Assembly (NCBI GenBank): GCA_035512495.1
Contig: DATKDW010000083.1
Location: forward strand, 6,045-70,044
Length of the DNA: 64,000 nucleotides
Direction of reading: 5' to 3'
DNA from: Acidimicrobiales bacterium
Lineage (GTDB): Bacteria > Actinomycetota > Acidimicrobiia > Acidimicrobiales > CADCSY01
Part shown: piece after piece, positions 9,293 to 17,029 of the stretch
How positions within the stretch are numbered: position 1 is the stretch's first letter
Layout: each line of letters begins with the position of its first letter
Made by a program: the position numbers and the translations under genes
Notes under the pieces: model-generated
Told to the model about the DNA's origin: nothing
The model's input: only the letters and a program-made list of their open reading frames with translations
Database searches by the model: none

Positions 9293-10321
9293 GTGGCCCC
9301 TGAGTACGTCATCACCAGGCACGACCCTGCCGAGTTCACTGATCAAGAACTTGCTGCGGGCGTTCGTCTCTACAACACCGTTGAGGCTGAGGTGTGGCCC
9401 GAGGATCCGGTCACGCCCGTGGGCGATGCGATCGCCAGATCACGCGCCGTTCCCTCGACGGTTGGGCGTACAGCGTTCCGTGCTTGGTCCGACGGAACGT
9501 TGGTTGGAGAGGTCGAGGTCGCGGTCGACTCAGAACACGACGACAACCCGGACTTGTTGACGTGCCAGATCATCGTCCGAGGCGAATACCGCCGACAGGG
9601 TGTCGGGACGGGTCTGCTGGAACGCGTGACGGAGTTCGCTCGGAGTCATGGTCGCCGACGCCTCGTCGGGAAGACCTACTCGCGAGTTCCCGATGGCGCG
9701 CAGTTCGCTCGACGAGTTGGCGCTGTCCAGAAGAGCGAGTCTCACACCAACCACCTGCCGTTGGCTGAAGTTGACCGAGCACTCTTGGAGTCGTGGGTAC
9801 GCGACGGCTCGCAGCGAGCCCACGGCTATGAGCTGTTGTCATGGGACGACACCGTCCCCGACGAACACCTTGGGGCGTTCCTCGACCTTCTCCTCGTGAT
9901 GAACGATGCCCCGACCGATGACCTCGAACTCAACGACTTCACGATCTCTCCTGGACAGTGGCGAGACGTTCAAGCCCAAGCTGCGGCGGTCGGACAGCAG
10001 CGATGGTTCCTGGTGGCGCGCCGGTCGAGCGACGGCGCGCTCGCCGCACTCCACGATCTCGCATGGGTCCCAGCATTCCCGCAGGTGATGTGGACCGGCT
10101 CCACCGGAGTGCGGCGAGAGGACAGGGGCCACGCTCTCGGCAAGTGGTTGAAGGCATCCATGACACTGCGCGTCCTCGCGGAGCGGCCCGGCGTCTCCGA
10201 CATCCGAACAGACAACGCGACAAGCAACGAAGCCATGCTCTCCATCAACCACGCCATGGGCTATCGGCCCCTGTTCGCGATTCGCCACTGGGAGCTACTG
10301 GTGGAGAAGAGTCAAGCCTAG
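9293..10321 (+). CDS. tandem (two-domain) GNAT acetyltransferase
   Basis: Two GNAT-like halves are present: IIVRGEYRRQGVGTGLLERV, and a C-terminal VRREDRGHALGKWLKA...NEAMLSINHAMGYR. GTG 9293 follows AGGGA. Confidence 0.7.
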   Translation: MAPEYVITRHDPAEFTDQELAAGVRLYNTVEAEVWPEDPVTPVGDAIARSRAVPSTVGRTAFRAWSDGTLVGEVEVAVDSEHDDNPDLLTCQIIVRGEYRRQGVGTGLLERVTEFARSHGRRRLVGKTYSRVPDGAQFARRVGAVQKSESHTNHLPLAEVDRALLESWVRDGSQRAHGYELLSWDDTVPDEHLGAFLDLLLVMNDAPTDDLELNDFTISPGQWRDVQAQAAAVGQQRWFLVARRSSDGALAALHDLAWVPAFPQVMWTGSTGVRREDRGHALGKWLKASMTLRVLAERPGVSDIRTDNATSNEAMLSINHAMGYRPLFAIRHWELLVEKSQA

Positions 10322-10423
10322 CTTTTCCCTTCTCACAACCCGCCGCGAGGGCTTCGCTCGGTCTCGAACCTGCGGCCCTCGCCAGAGACCAGTCCGAGCC
10401 CGTAGCCCCGGCACCGAACCAAG

Positions 10424-10538
10424 CCCCGACGTGCCGATCACCAGCGAGCCTCCGGCCGGGACCGCTCCGGGGAGCGACCGCTCCGATCATCCACTCCCGC
10501 TGGCCTCGACGGTGCGCGAGCCGGCAATCGGCGCGGGT
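10424..10538 (-). repeat. intergenic repeat family, copy E (reverse orientation relative to copies A and B)
   Basis: The reverse complement ends in GATCGGCACGTCGGGG and contains CCAGCGGGAGTGGATGATCGGAGCGG, matching A and B block-wise. It is about 85% identical by eye to copy F over about 95 nt. Confidence 0.6.
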
Positions 10539-10599
10539 CCGAGTCACCAGCGCGCATGGCGCGCGTGACAGCGTCGGGCCCGACGGGCACCATGCGGTC

Positions 10600-11139
10600 A
10601 TGGCTCATCTGGTCGTACTCGTCGGGCCGGTCGGCGCCGGCAAGAGCACGGTCGCCGGTCGGCTTGCGCAGCTTGTGAGGCAGAACGGCATGACCGCGGC
10701 AGACGTCGACATGGACGACGTCGCATTCATGCAGTGCGGCGGCGACGATGTGGAGGAGTTCTGGCGGCGGGCGGCAGTCGCGACGGCCGGGCTCATTCGG
10801 GCATGGTTCGACGCCGGCGTCGACGTTGTCATCACACACGGCCCGTTCTTCGAGTCCGGTGGGTTCGAGATCCTCCGGCACGCGCAACCGGTCGAAGTCG
10901 ACGTCCACCACATTCTGCTCCGCGTCACAGCCGAGGTCGCCATCACCCGTGTCCAGAGCGATCCGACCCGAGGCATTTCGAAGGATCCGACGTTTGTCCG
11001 GGACTCGAACGATCGGCTGCGAGGGCTCAGCGACCTGCTCCCGGTCATGAACCTCGAGCTCGACACGACTCAACGCGGCCCCGACGAGATCGCAGCCGAC
11101 GTGATGGCTGCCGTCACCGCTCCGACGCAACACGCCTGA
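10600..11139 (+). CDS. small P-loop kinase (AAA_33 / chloramphenicol-phosphotransferase-like size)
   Basis: MAHLVVLVGPVGAGKSTVAGRLA is a Walker A motif at the N-terminus. The rest of ORF 9958.. overlaps the previous gene and repeat E. Confidence 0.7.
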   Translation: MAHLVVLVGPVGAGKSTVAGRLAQLVRQNGMTAADVDMDDVAFMQCGGDDVEEFWRRAAVATAGLIRAWFDAGVDVVITHGPFFESGGFEILRHAQPVEVDVHHILLRVTAEVAITRVQSDPTRGISKDPTFVRDSNDRLRGLSDLLPVMNLELDTTQRGPDEIAADVMAAVTAPTQHA

Positions 11140-11238
11140 GTGCCAGCGGGCTGCCGCCGGGACCGCTCCGGGGGAGACCGCTCCGATCATCCAGTCGCGC
11201 TGGCCGTGACGGCGCGCGAGCCGGCAATCGGCGCGCCG
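11139..11238 (-). repeat. intergenic repeat family, copy F (direct repeat of copy E)
   Basis: CCAGCGGGCTGCCGCCGGGACCGCTCCGGGGGAGACCGCTCCGATCATCCAGTCGCGCTGGCCGTGACGGCGCGCGAGCCGGCAATCGGCGCG matches 10441-10535. It starts at the kinase stop codon. Confidence 0.65.
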
Positions 11239-11386
11239 GGAGCTGTTCGACGAGCTGAACGTTCTGCTGCGCTCAAGGGAGTTGCCTGGCATCGACTCGC
11301 ACATGAGGAATAGGTAACGGCCGGGCCGCGGCGCGTGCTCCTGGGACGGCGCCGCCGACGGGTGCTCCTACGGACCGCTGATCGGG

Positions 11387-11743
11387 CTAGCGGAAGAAGC
11401 CCCCGAATGGGCCGAAGTAGGTGGCCCCGAAGCCGTCGAGGACGCCCTTGACCTCGTCGCTCGGCGTTCCGAACACCTGCAGACTCACCGGATCGACGCA
11501 TGCCAGGAACCGCTCCGCGAAGTTGGCTCCGAAGTTCCCGAGGTGCACCATCGTCGCGGCGGAATCGGAGTATCGCTCGTAGATCGCGAGCTTGCCTTCG
11601 GCTTCATCGATGAACCACTCGTAACCCAAGGCGCCCGACTCGTCCTTCGTAGACGACACCATGTCGGCCATGAGCGACCGAAGGTTGTCGAGCTCGCCGT
11701 TCTTCACAGCGACCTGAATCACCCACGAGACTTCGTCTGCCAT
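11387..11743 (-). CDS. ABM-domain (antibiotic biosynthesis monooxygenase-like) protein
   Basis: 118 aa, with WVIQVAVKNGELDNLRSLMADMV...YEWFIDEAEGKLAIYERYSDSAATMVH, the typical ferredoxin-like ABM pattern. Confidence 0.65.
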   Translation of the reverse strand: MADEVSWVIQVAVKNGELDNLRSLMADMVSSTKDESGALGYEWFIDEAEGKLAIYERYSDSAATMVHLGNFGANFAERFLACVDPVSLQVFGTPSDEVKGVLDGFGATYFGPFGGFFR

Positions 11744-11990
11744 TGCAAACCTCCTCGACTGTCTGGGTCAGTCGATTCCCACCCGACGGAACAAGACAGG
11801 ACCCGAGCGACTGCCTCGCCTTAGATCCGGGCTGGGAACACGGATCGCAACGCAACCTAGCCGACGCACCTCTCCTCGCACCGAGAACGCAGACTGCTTC
11901 CTTCCGCGAGCGCGACCGATCGACGGTTCCAGCAGCTCCGCGCCGAGGCCGCACCGAGCGGGCAAGCAGAACGCGCCGACCGATCCCGGC

Positions 11991-12170
11991 GAGGCCGCGG
12001 AACAGATCCTGTTCGTTGGCGACAACCTGCACGACGACATCGGCGGAGCAACCAGGTCCGGCCTGCCGTCAGTCCACATGGATCGAGACGGGTCCTGCCA
12101 GGCTGACGACCACGCCGACATCGCGAGTTGCGTCAGAGACCTCAGATCGCTGCTGGCGTGGCTTGGCTGA
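11991..12170 (+). pseudogene. HAD-superfamily hydrolase, C-terminal remnant
   Basis: A frame not listed in the ORF track reads EAAEQILFVGDNLHDDIGGATRSGLPSVHMDRDGS...LAWLG*. This is HAD motif IV (VGDxxxDIxGA). No start codon or motifs I-III were recognisable upstream. Confidence 0.5.
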
Positions 12171-12285
12171 GCAGCACCGATCACCCGCGCAATGGACCCG
12201 GGCCTCGCGTGCTCCAATCCGTACCGATCGGCGCGTAGCGCGCCGCCGCCCACGAGATGGCATCTGACACCAGAGGGATGGCGGC

Positions 12286-12582
12286 TCAGGCGTCAGGGGC
12301 GGGCTGCCGGAGTGCGTGGCTATCGAGCTCCATTTGGTAGATGCGCTTGAAGTCCTCGATTGCTGCCAACGCTCGCTTCCCATGCGGGCTTGCCGCCATC
12401 TCGCCCTCCTGTCCTTTCACGGGTTCGAAAGAGTGCAGGACGATCTTTTCGAGGAGCTGTCCGAGGGTGAGTCCTTCGAGCTCGGCGAGCGCCTTCAGGA
12501 CCTTCACCATGCTCCGCTCCATCCGGACGCCGATTTGGACGCGATCGACGCGCGTCGGAGCATTCCGTTGGGTCGGGACCAT
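12286..12582 (-). CDS. ribbon-helix-helix (CopG/antitoxin-like) small protein
   Basis: RVQIGVRMERSMVKVLKALAELEGLTLGQLLEKIVL has the beta-strand plus two-helix RHH pattern. 98 aa. Confidence 0.5.
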   Translation of the reverse strand: MVPTQRNAPTRVDRVQIGVRMERSMVKVLKALAELEGLTLGQLLEKIVLHSFEPVKGQEGEMAASPHGKRALAAIEDFKRIYQMELDSHALRQPAPDA

Positions 12583-12622
12583 GGGACCAAGTTACCGTAG
12601 TCCCACCGACCTAGGAGAGACC

Positions 12623-13447
12623 ATGTCCGATCCGTACGCGCTCGCGGTGCACAGCTCCTTCGACGAAGTCGAACCGCAGTTCCATGCCGTGCTGGAAGCG
12701 AGCCTTGACCCCCGTGGTCCAGATGCGCTCTTCGACATCGTCGCTGGGCTCGGACTCGAGAGCGGCGCGGTCGTGCTCGACGCCGGGTGCGGCCGCGGGC
12801 GACAGTCACTGGAGCTGGCGCGGCGATTCGGCTTCGACGTGCTCGGCGTCGACCCCGTCGACCGGCACGCGCCAATCGACAAACAGCTCGCCGAGCGACC
12901 CCTGACGGCCGGATCGGTGCGCTTCACCGAGGGGAGATTCGAGCAGCTGCCAGTCGAGGACTCCTCGATCGACCTGATCTTCTGCCGTGACTCGATCATG
13001 TTCGGTGACCTCGCCGTGACGGCAACCGAGTTCCACCGCGTCTTGCGTCCCGGCGGCCGAGGTCTCGTCTACCTCGTCCTCACCGGTCCACTGATGAGCG
13101 AGCCCGAGGCCGACCACTTCGACCATCTCATGCGCGGCCGAACGCTTCGCCCGGCCGAGATCGACGCAGCACTTGAACGCAACGGTCTCACTGTCAACGA
13201 CCGCATCGACTACAGCGGCGAGTGGGCGGAACGATCCCAGGAGCAGGACGGAGAACCTGCTCGACGACTCCTGTTCGCATCTCGACTACTGAGAAGGCCC
13301 GATCACTACATCCAGAAGTTCGGACAAGACCACTACGACATCATGCTCGGCGACTGCCTCTGGCACGTCTACCGCATGATCGGGAGACTCTCCGGCTACG
13401 CCTGCACCTTCACGCGACCGTTGGCTGCTTCTCCGCCGCCCGAGTAG
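12623..13447 (+). CDS. class I SAM-dependent methyltransferase
   Basis: ATG 12623 is preceded by AGGAGA. Motif I is VVLDAGCGRGRQSLELA, followed by IDLIFCRDSIMF and LRPGGRGLV. Confidence 0.85.
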   Translation: MSDPYALAVHSSFDEVEPQFHAVLEASLDPRGPDALFDIVAGLGLESGAVVLDAGCGRGRQSLELARRFGFDVLGVDPVDRHAPIDKQLAERPLTAGSVRFTEGRFEQLPVEDSSIDLIFCRDSIMFGDLAVTATEFHRVLRPGGRGLVYLVLTGPLMSEPEADHFDHLMRGRTLRPAEIDAALERNGLTVNDRIDYSGEWAERSQEQDGEPARRLLFASRLLRRPDHYIQKFGQDHYDIMLGDCLWHVYRMIGRLSGYACTFTRPLAASPPPE

Positions 13448-13505
13448 AGCCGCCATTGATCGCCAAGGTCGGCGAGACCGAGCAACTGATGCCGCACCGA
13501 GCGCG

Positions 13506-13625
13506 CGCTCCATAATCCGCATCGGCTCCTGCACTTGACCCGAGCAGAACGGCGCTTCTCCAGCGGCGATCGGGACGGCGGGTGCTAGCCAGGCGAGTCC
13601 TCGCGATCGGCACTTCGGCTGCGGG
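13506..13625 (+). repeat. intergenic repeat family, copy B (long form, with the 13-mer)
   Basis: CGCTCCATAATCC is followed 28 nt later by GAACGGCGCTTCTCCAGCGGCGATCGGGACGG...GCGATCGGCACTTCGGCTGCGGG. The CGGCAC end faces the stop (13642) of a minus-strand ORF. Confidence 0.6.
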
Positions 13626-13641
13626 ACCGAGATCAGTCGAT

Positions 13642-14022
13642 CTAGATGAGATGGCCCTCAAAGAACTCGGAGACGTTGTCGAAGCCGGCGGCGGTCAACA
13701 TGCGCTCCTCCTGGGGTGCTGGGTCGGGTGCGGCATCCCGGGTGACGACCGCCAGCACAGCACCTGCGGCTTCGGCCTCAGCTACCGCTCGCACTGCCAC
13801 CTCCGAGTCGATGTTTCCGAGGATGCAGACCGGTCCGCCAGGCGCATAGACCGGCGGCGCAGGCACGAGCATCGCCGTGACCCCTGCGAGCTCCACCTCG
13901 GCAAAACCGACCTCCGCTGGCTGGGAAGGGTCCAGAGGACACACCCACCAACGCGAGACAACGGTCAGTCCGAGGTCCGACAGCATCTGACGCTTTGCGG
14001 TGTCCTGGCGCGCGGTCACCAC
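13642..14022 (-). CDS. hypothetical protein (possibly the chimeric 3' part of a decayed gene)
   Basis: A 126-aa ORF with no recognisable motif. It overlaps the out-of-frame tail of the APH-like ORF 13778..14374. Confidence 0.3.
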   Translation of the reverse strand: MVTARQDTAKRQMLSDLGLTVVSRWWVCPLDPSQPAEVGFAEVELAGVTAMLVPAPPVYAPGGPVCILGNIDSEVAVRAVAEAEAAGAVLAVVTRDAAPDPAPQEERMLTAAGFDNVSEFFEGHLI

Positions 14023-14058
14023 CCGGACTCGGACCGGTCGGGCGAGGGGCTACGGGCC

Positions 14059-14374
14059 AGGGGAAGGGGTACGCCTCGCAAGGGTTGCCCATGGCGACTG
14101 CCTCGGGGATGGCCAGCGGCAACTGGGGGCGTGCCCAGTCGAGCCAGCGGTGGTGGGCTTCGATCGCCTCGTAGCTCGACGCGAAGCTCGGCGCCCGAGG
14201 AAGCCGTAGGACCAAGTCATGACCGAGCCGGAAGATGGCGTTCACGGTCCCGGACGACCGGAGACGCCGCAGCGGCAGCCCTCGCCAGCGAGGGAACTGG
14301 GTGTCGACGAGAGAGCGCGCGAGGGAGTCGTCGATGGGAACCTCGTCGCCGTGGAGGGGAGTGTGATCGGTCAT
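14059..14374 (-). pseudogene. APH-family phosphotransferase, N-terminal lobe only (frameshifted or truncated)
   Basis: The first 105 or so aa of ORF 13778..14374 (SGTVNAIFRLGHDLVLRLPR...LPLAIPEAVAMGNPCEAYPFPW) look like an APH N-lobe. After that the frame turns to G/R/P-rich nonsense, and no HxDLxxxN catalytic loop appears in any frame. Confidence 0.45.
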
Positions 14375-14396
14375 AGACTGGCCTACAGCACCGGTG

Positions 14397-14855
14397 TCAC
14401 CGAACAGGGCTCCCGGCGCTCTCGACCGTTCTGAGGAAGGTCAGGCTCGGCCAATCGATCGTGAGTCCCTCGCCATCATCAAGCGCCACCCACCGACCGG
14501 CGTAGAAGTTGAGAACCTCCGCACACGGGGTCGGTTCCCCGTGCGTCCAGCGGCGAAGGTGCTCTCCGACCACGTGCTCAGCCCTGTCGATGCCGCCGCG
14601 GTTCTGCGCGATCACCGCGCGACCGGGCTTGGTCCGCTTGCGACCGGTGCTCCTGAAGGTCGCCCCCGCGGCGACGCTGCCCCAGAAGCCATCATCGATG
14701 CCGACGGTACCTTCGACCAGCAACTGGAGGAGGTCGTGCGGCATGCCGCCGCGGCCGAGGGCCATCGGGGTGCCGGGGATCCTGGTTCGCTTCCCTCGAA
14801 CTGCCTCCCAGTACGAAAGGCGGTCCTCCACCATCTTGAAGAAGGTGATGCGCAC
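14397..14855 (-). CDS. hypothetical protein
   Basis: A 152-aa ORF of normal composition with a GTG start. No family was recognised. Confidence 0.45.
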   Translation of the reverse strand: MRITFFKMVEDRLSYWEAVRGKRTRIPGTPMALGRGGMPHDLLQLLVEGTVGIDDGFWGSVAAGATFRSTGRKRTKPGRAVIAQNRGGIDRAEHVVGEHLRRWTHGEPTPCAEVLNFYAGRWVALDDGEGLTIDWPSLTFLRTVESAGSPVR

Positions 14856-14901
14856 GAACCGCCACCGTAGGAGCGACTACCTATCACCGACACCAAATAT
14901 C

Positions 14902-14952
14902 GAACGCGGCCGCCTCTCCGGCGAGAAGGATCGGCGCGTCGCGAGCGGTCAA
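14902..14952 (+). repeat. intergenic repeat family, short copy I
   Basis: GAACGCGGCCGCCTCTCCGGCGAGAAGGATCGGCGCGTCGCGAGCGG shares the GAACGSSGC...CTCC.GCG...GATCGGC blocks. It lies 3' of the GT2 gene (stop 14961). Confidence 0.4.
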
Positions 14953-14960
14953 GTCTTCTG

Positions 14961-15749
14961 TCAGGTCGGAGGTGACTCGCAAGCGGCGATCAGAGACGGC
15001 CCGTCGAGCGCTCCCACCTCAGATCGGAAGCGGGTCAGGATCGACTCGTATCTCTCGCGGGCACCTGGGATGCCTCCGAAGTGGGGTGCGTGATGCTCGA
15101 GGGCCCACTCGTAGAGCGGGTGAGAGCGATCATCGCTGGTCACGACGCCCGCGAGGCTTGCCCTGCCCCGGTGAATGAGATACCCGTCGGCTGCGAAAGG
15201 GAAGTTCTCGGCAGCAAGGCCAGCCTGCTGGGCGGCTGCGAGGAGCTCGAACGACGGGTCACCATCGTCCCGGAAGGTGGGTGCACCAGGGTGCCAGATC
15301 TGCATGGGATCGATGAGCAGGCTGTACAGCTCCAAGCGGTGCATCTCATGCCATGGATCCCAGTGGCGCTCGCCGACGATCGCGGCGCCGCTCCCAGCGA
15401 CGGCCAGTGCCTCACGGAGCACGTCGCCACGGCGTATGACCACATCGGAGTCGAGGATCCACACGTAGCGGGGCGGTGTCGGTTGCTCGACAAGCTCTCC
15501 CATCGCCTGGTTCAGGGCTGGGCCGTGGTGAGTGTTCTCGTCGTTGGCGAGCAGTCGGCAGAGGCCTGCCTCGGACGCTTCGGCGAGCAGCCGACCTGAC
15601 CCGTCGCTCGAGCCGTTGTCCACCACAACCACCTCGACGTCATCGTCGAGGACGCGGTGTAGCGACCAAAGAAGCAGCGCGGTGAACTCGATGGTGTTGA
15701 ACGACACGGTGACGACGCTGACCCGGCCTTGACCGATGCTCCCGGACAC
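14961..15749 (-). CDS. glycosyltransferase family 2
   Basis: VSVVTVSFNTIEFTALLLWSL...VVVVDNGSSDGS is the classic GT2 N-terminus. A DSD motif occurs in WILDSDVV. Confidence 0.8.
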   Translation of the reverse strand: MSGSIGQGRVSVVTVSFNTIEFTALLLWSLHRVLDDDVEVVVVDNGSSDGSGRLLAEASEAGLCRLLANDENTHHGPALNQAMGELVEQPTPPRYVWILDSDVVIRRGDVLREALAVAGSGAAIVGERHWDPWHEMHRLELYSLLIDPMQIWHPGAPTFRDDGDPSFELLAAAQQAGLAAENFPFAADGYLIHRGRASLAGVVTSDDRSHPLYEWALEHHAPHFGGIPGARERYESILTRFRSEVGALDGPSLIAACESPPT

Positions 15750-15823
15750 AGAACGAGTATCGACGACGATCGCACCTATCGGGCACTCAGTATCCCCACG
15801 AGCTGGCGCATCGCCTCCGCCCC

Positions 15824-15880
15824 GATCGGCGCATCTCCAGCGTCGATCAGGACGGATGGCGGCTAGGAATCCTGGGCCAG
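15824..15880 (+). repeat. intergenic repeat family, copy C (not adjacent to a gene 3' end)
   Basis: GATCGGCGCATCTCCAGCGTCGATCAGGACGGATGGCGGCTAGG matches the 5' half of copy B (GGCGCTTCTCCAGCGGCGATCGGGACGGCGGGTGCTAGCC). Confidence 0.5.
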
Positions 15881-15997
15881 CCGCGTGTCTGAGTGATGGT
15901 CTCGAGCACGCCGGAGCGCTCTGCCCGCTCAGCAGATCGACGTGCGGATCCGTCGGTGCGAGACTGGGACGACACGGCCATGGATCAGGAGCGCACC

Positions 15998-16393
15998 ATG
16001 TCGGGCCTCGCCATCATCACCGAAGCGTGCATCGGCGTGAAGGACCGTGCGTGTGTCGACGTGTGCCCGGTCCAGTGCATCTACGAGCTCGATCAGGCCA
16101 AGGGTGTGTTGTTCTCCGAGGACGAAGCCGGCAGCGGCGAGATCGAGAACACCCACGCGCCCGACCCGGACTCCATCGGGGTGTTCGGGGACAGCCTGCT
16201 GTACGTGAACCTGGAGGAGTGCACGTCGTGCACCGCCTGCTACCAACCCGACGTCTGCCCTGTCGGTGCGATCTATACCGAGGAAGCCGTGCCCGACGGC
16301 ACCGATCCCAAGGCCTACAACGCCGAGGACCCGCACAAGGGCCACGACCACACCTTCTTCATTCAGCTCAGCCGCGACGTCTTCGCCGACTGA
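15998..16393 (+). CDS. ferredoxin, two Fe-S cluster motifs separated by an unusually long insertion
   Basis: MSGLAIITEACIGVKDRACVDVCPVQCIY carries the Cx7Cx3CP motif. About 50 aa later comes CTSCTACYQPDVCPVGAIY. ATG 15980 is an alternative start. Confidence 0.75.
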   Translation: MSGLAIITEACIGVKDRACVDVCPVQCIYELDQAKGVLFSEDEAGSGEIENTHAPDPDSIGVFGDSLLYVNLEECTSCTACYQPDVCPVGAIYTEEAVPDGTDPKAYNAEDPHKGHDHTFFIQLSRDVFAD

Positions 16394-16688
16394 CGGTGCC
16401 GGCCCGCCATGAGCGGAAACCGGGCAGCCTGGGGGCGGTGTGCCCCGAAGCGAGCGCGATCGCCGGCATCCGATGCGTCGTGTCGACCCCCCTTGAGACC
16501 GAGAGCAGCAACCTCGACGAGGTGTCGCTGTCGCCTCCAGCTGGCCCACGGCTTGACCGTGACGGAAGACGGGCGTTGATCACGGGCCTCCTGTCGGCGA
16601 TGCCAGGCCACTCGGCGGGCCGTCTGAGCAGGACGCCACACGCCTCTGGGCGATGTCTACCGATCGCGGAAGCCTCAAATGCGGACGC

Positions 16689-16745
16689 CTATCGGCGGCA
16701 CCGATCTCCAGAGCGCGTGGTCAGCACGCCGGCACTGCCGCGGTG
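16689..16745 (+). repeat. intergenic repeat family, degenerate copy D
   Basis: CTATCGGCGGCACCGATCTCCAGAGCGCG...CGCCGGCACTGCCGCGG lies 3' of the minus-strand relE (stop 16766), in the same gene-relative orientation as copies A, B and I. Confidence 0.4.
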
Positions 16746-16765
16746 AGCCTCTCCGCGCCGACTGG

Positions 16766-17029
16766 TCAGGATCTGTAGACGTCTCGGCGGTGACCCACGC
16801 TCACCACGAGCACGACGAGGCGACGGTCGTGCACCTCGTAGATGATCCGATAGTCACCGACCCGAACTCGGTAGGCGCGCTCCTCGCCCTTGAGGGCCAC
16901 ACACCCCGGCGGACGAGGCTCGTCTGCCAGCAGGTCGATCGCAGCTCGGATCCGCTGCTGCTCACGCCTGGGCAAACGGGCAAGCGACTTCACCGCTCGA
17001 CGCGCGATGTGGACCTCATAGCGGCTCAC
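16766..17029 (-). CDS. relE: type II toxin, RelE/ParE superfamily
   Basis: 87 aa, with YRVRVGDYRIIYEVHDRRLVVLVVSVGHRRDVY. It overlaps the upstream antitoxin gene by 4 bp. Confidence 0.85.
   Translation of the reverse strand: MSRYEVHIARRAVKSLARLPRREQQRIRAAIDLLADEPRPPGCVALKGEERAYRVRVGDYRIIYEVHDRRLVVLVVSVGHRRDVYRS

Noticed and set aside
12286-12582. An RHH protein acting as the antitoxin of a GNAT-toxin (TacAT/AtaRT-like) module.
   Set aside because: No GNAT or other toxin gene follows it on the same strand. Downstream there is only non-coding or remnant DNA (11744-12285). A lost toxin partner is possible but unsupported.
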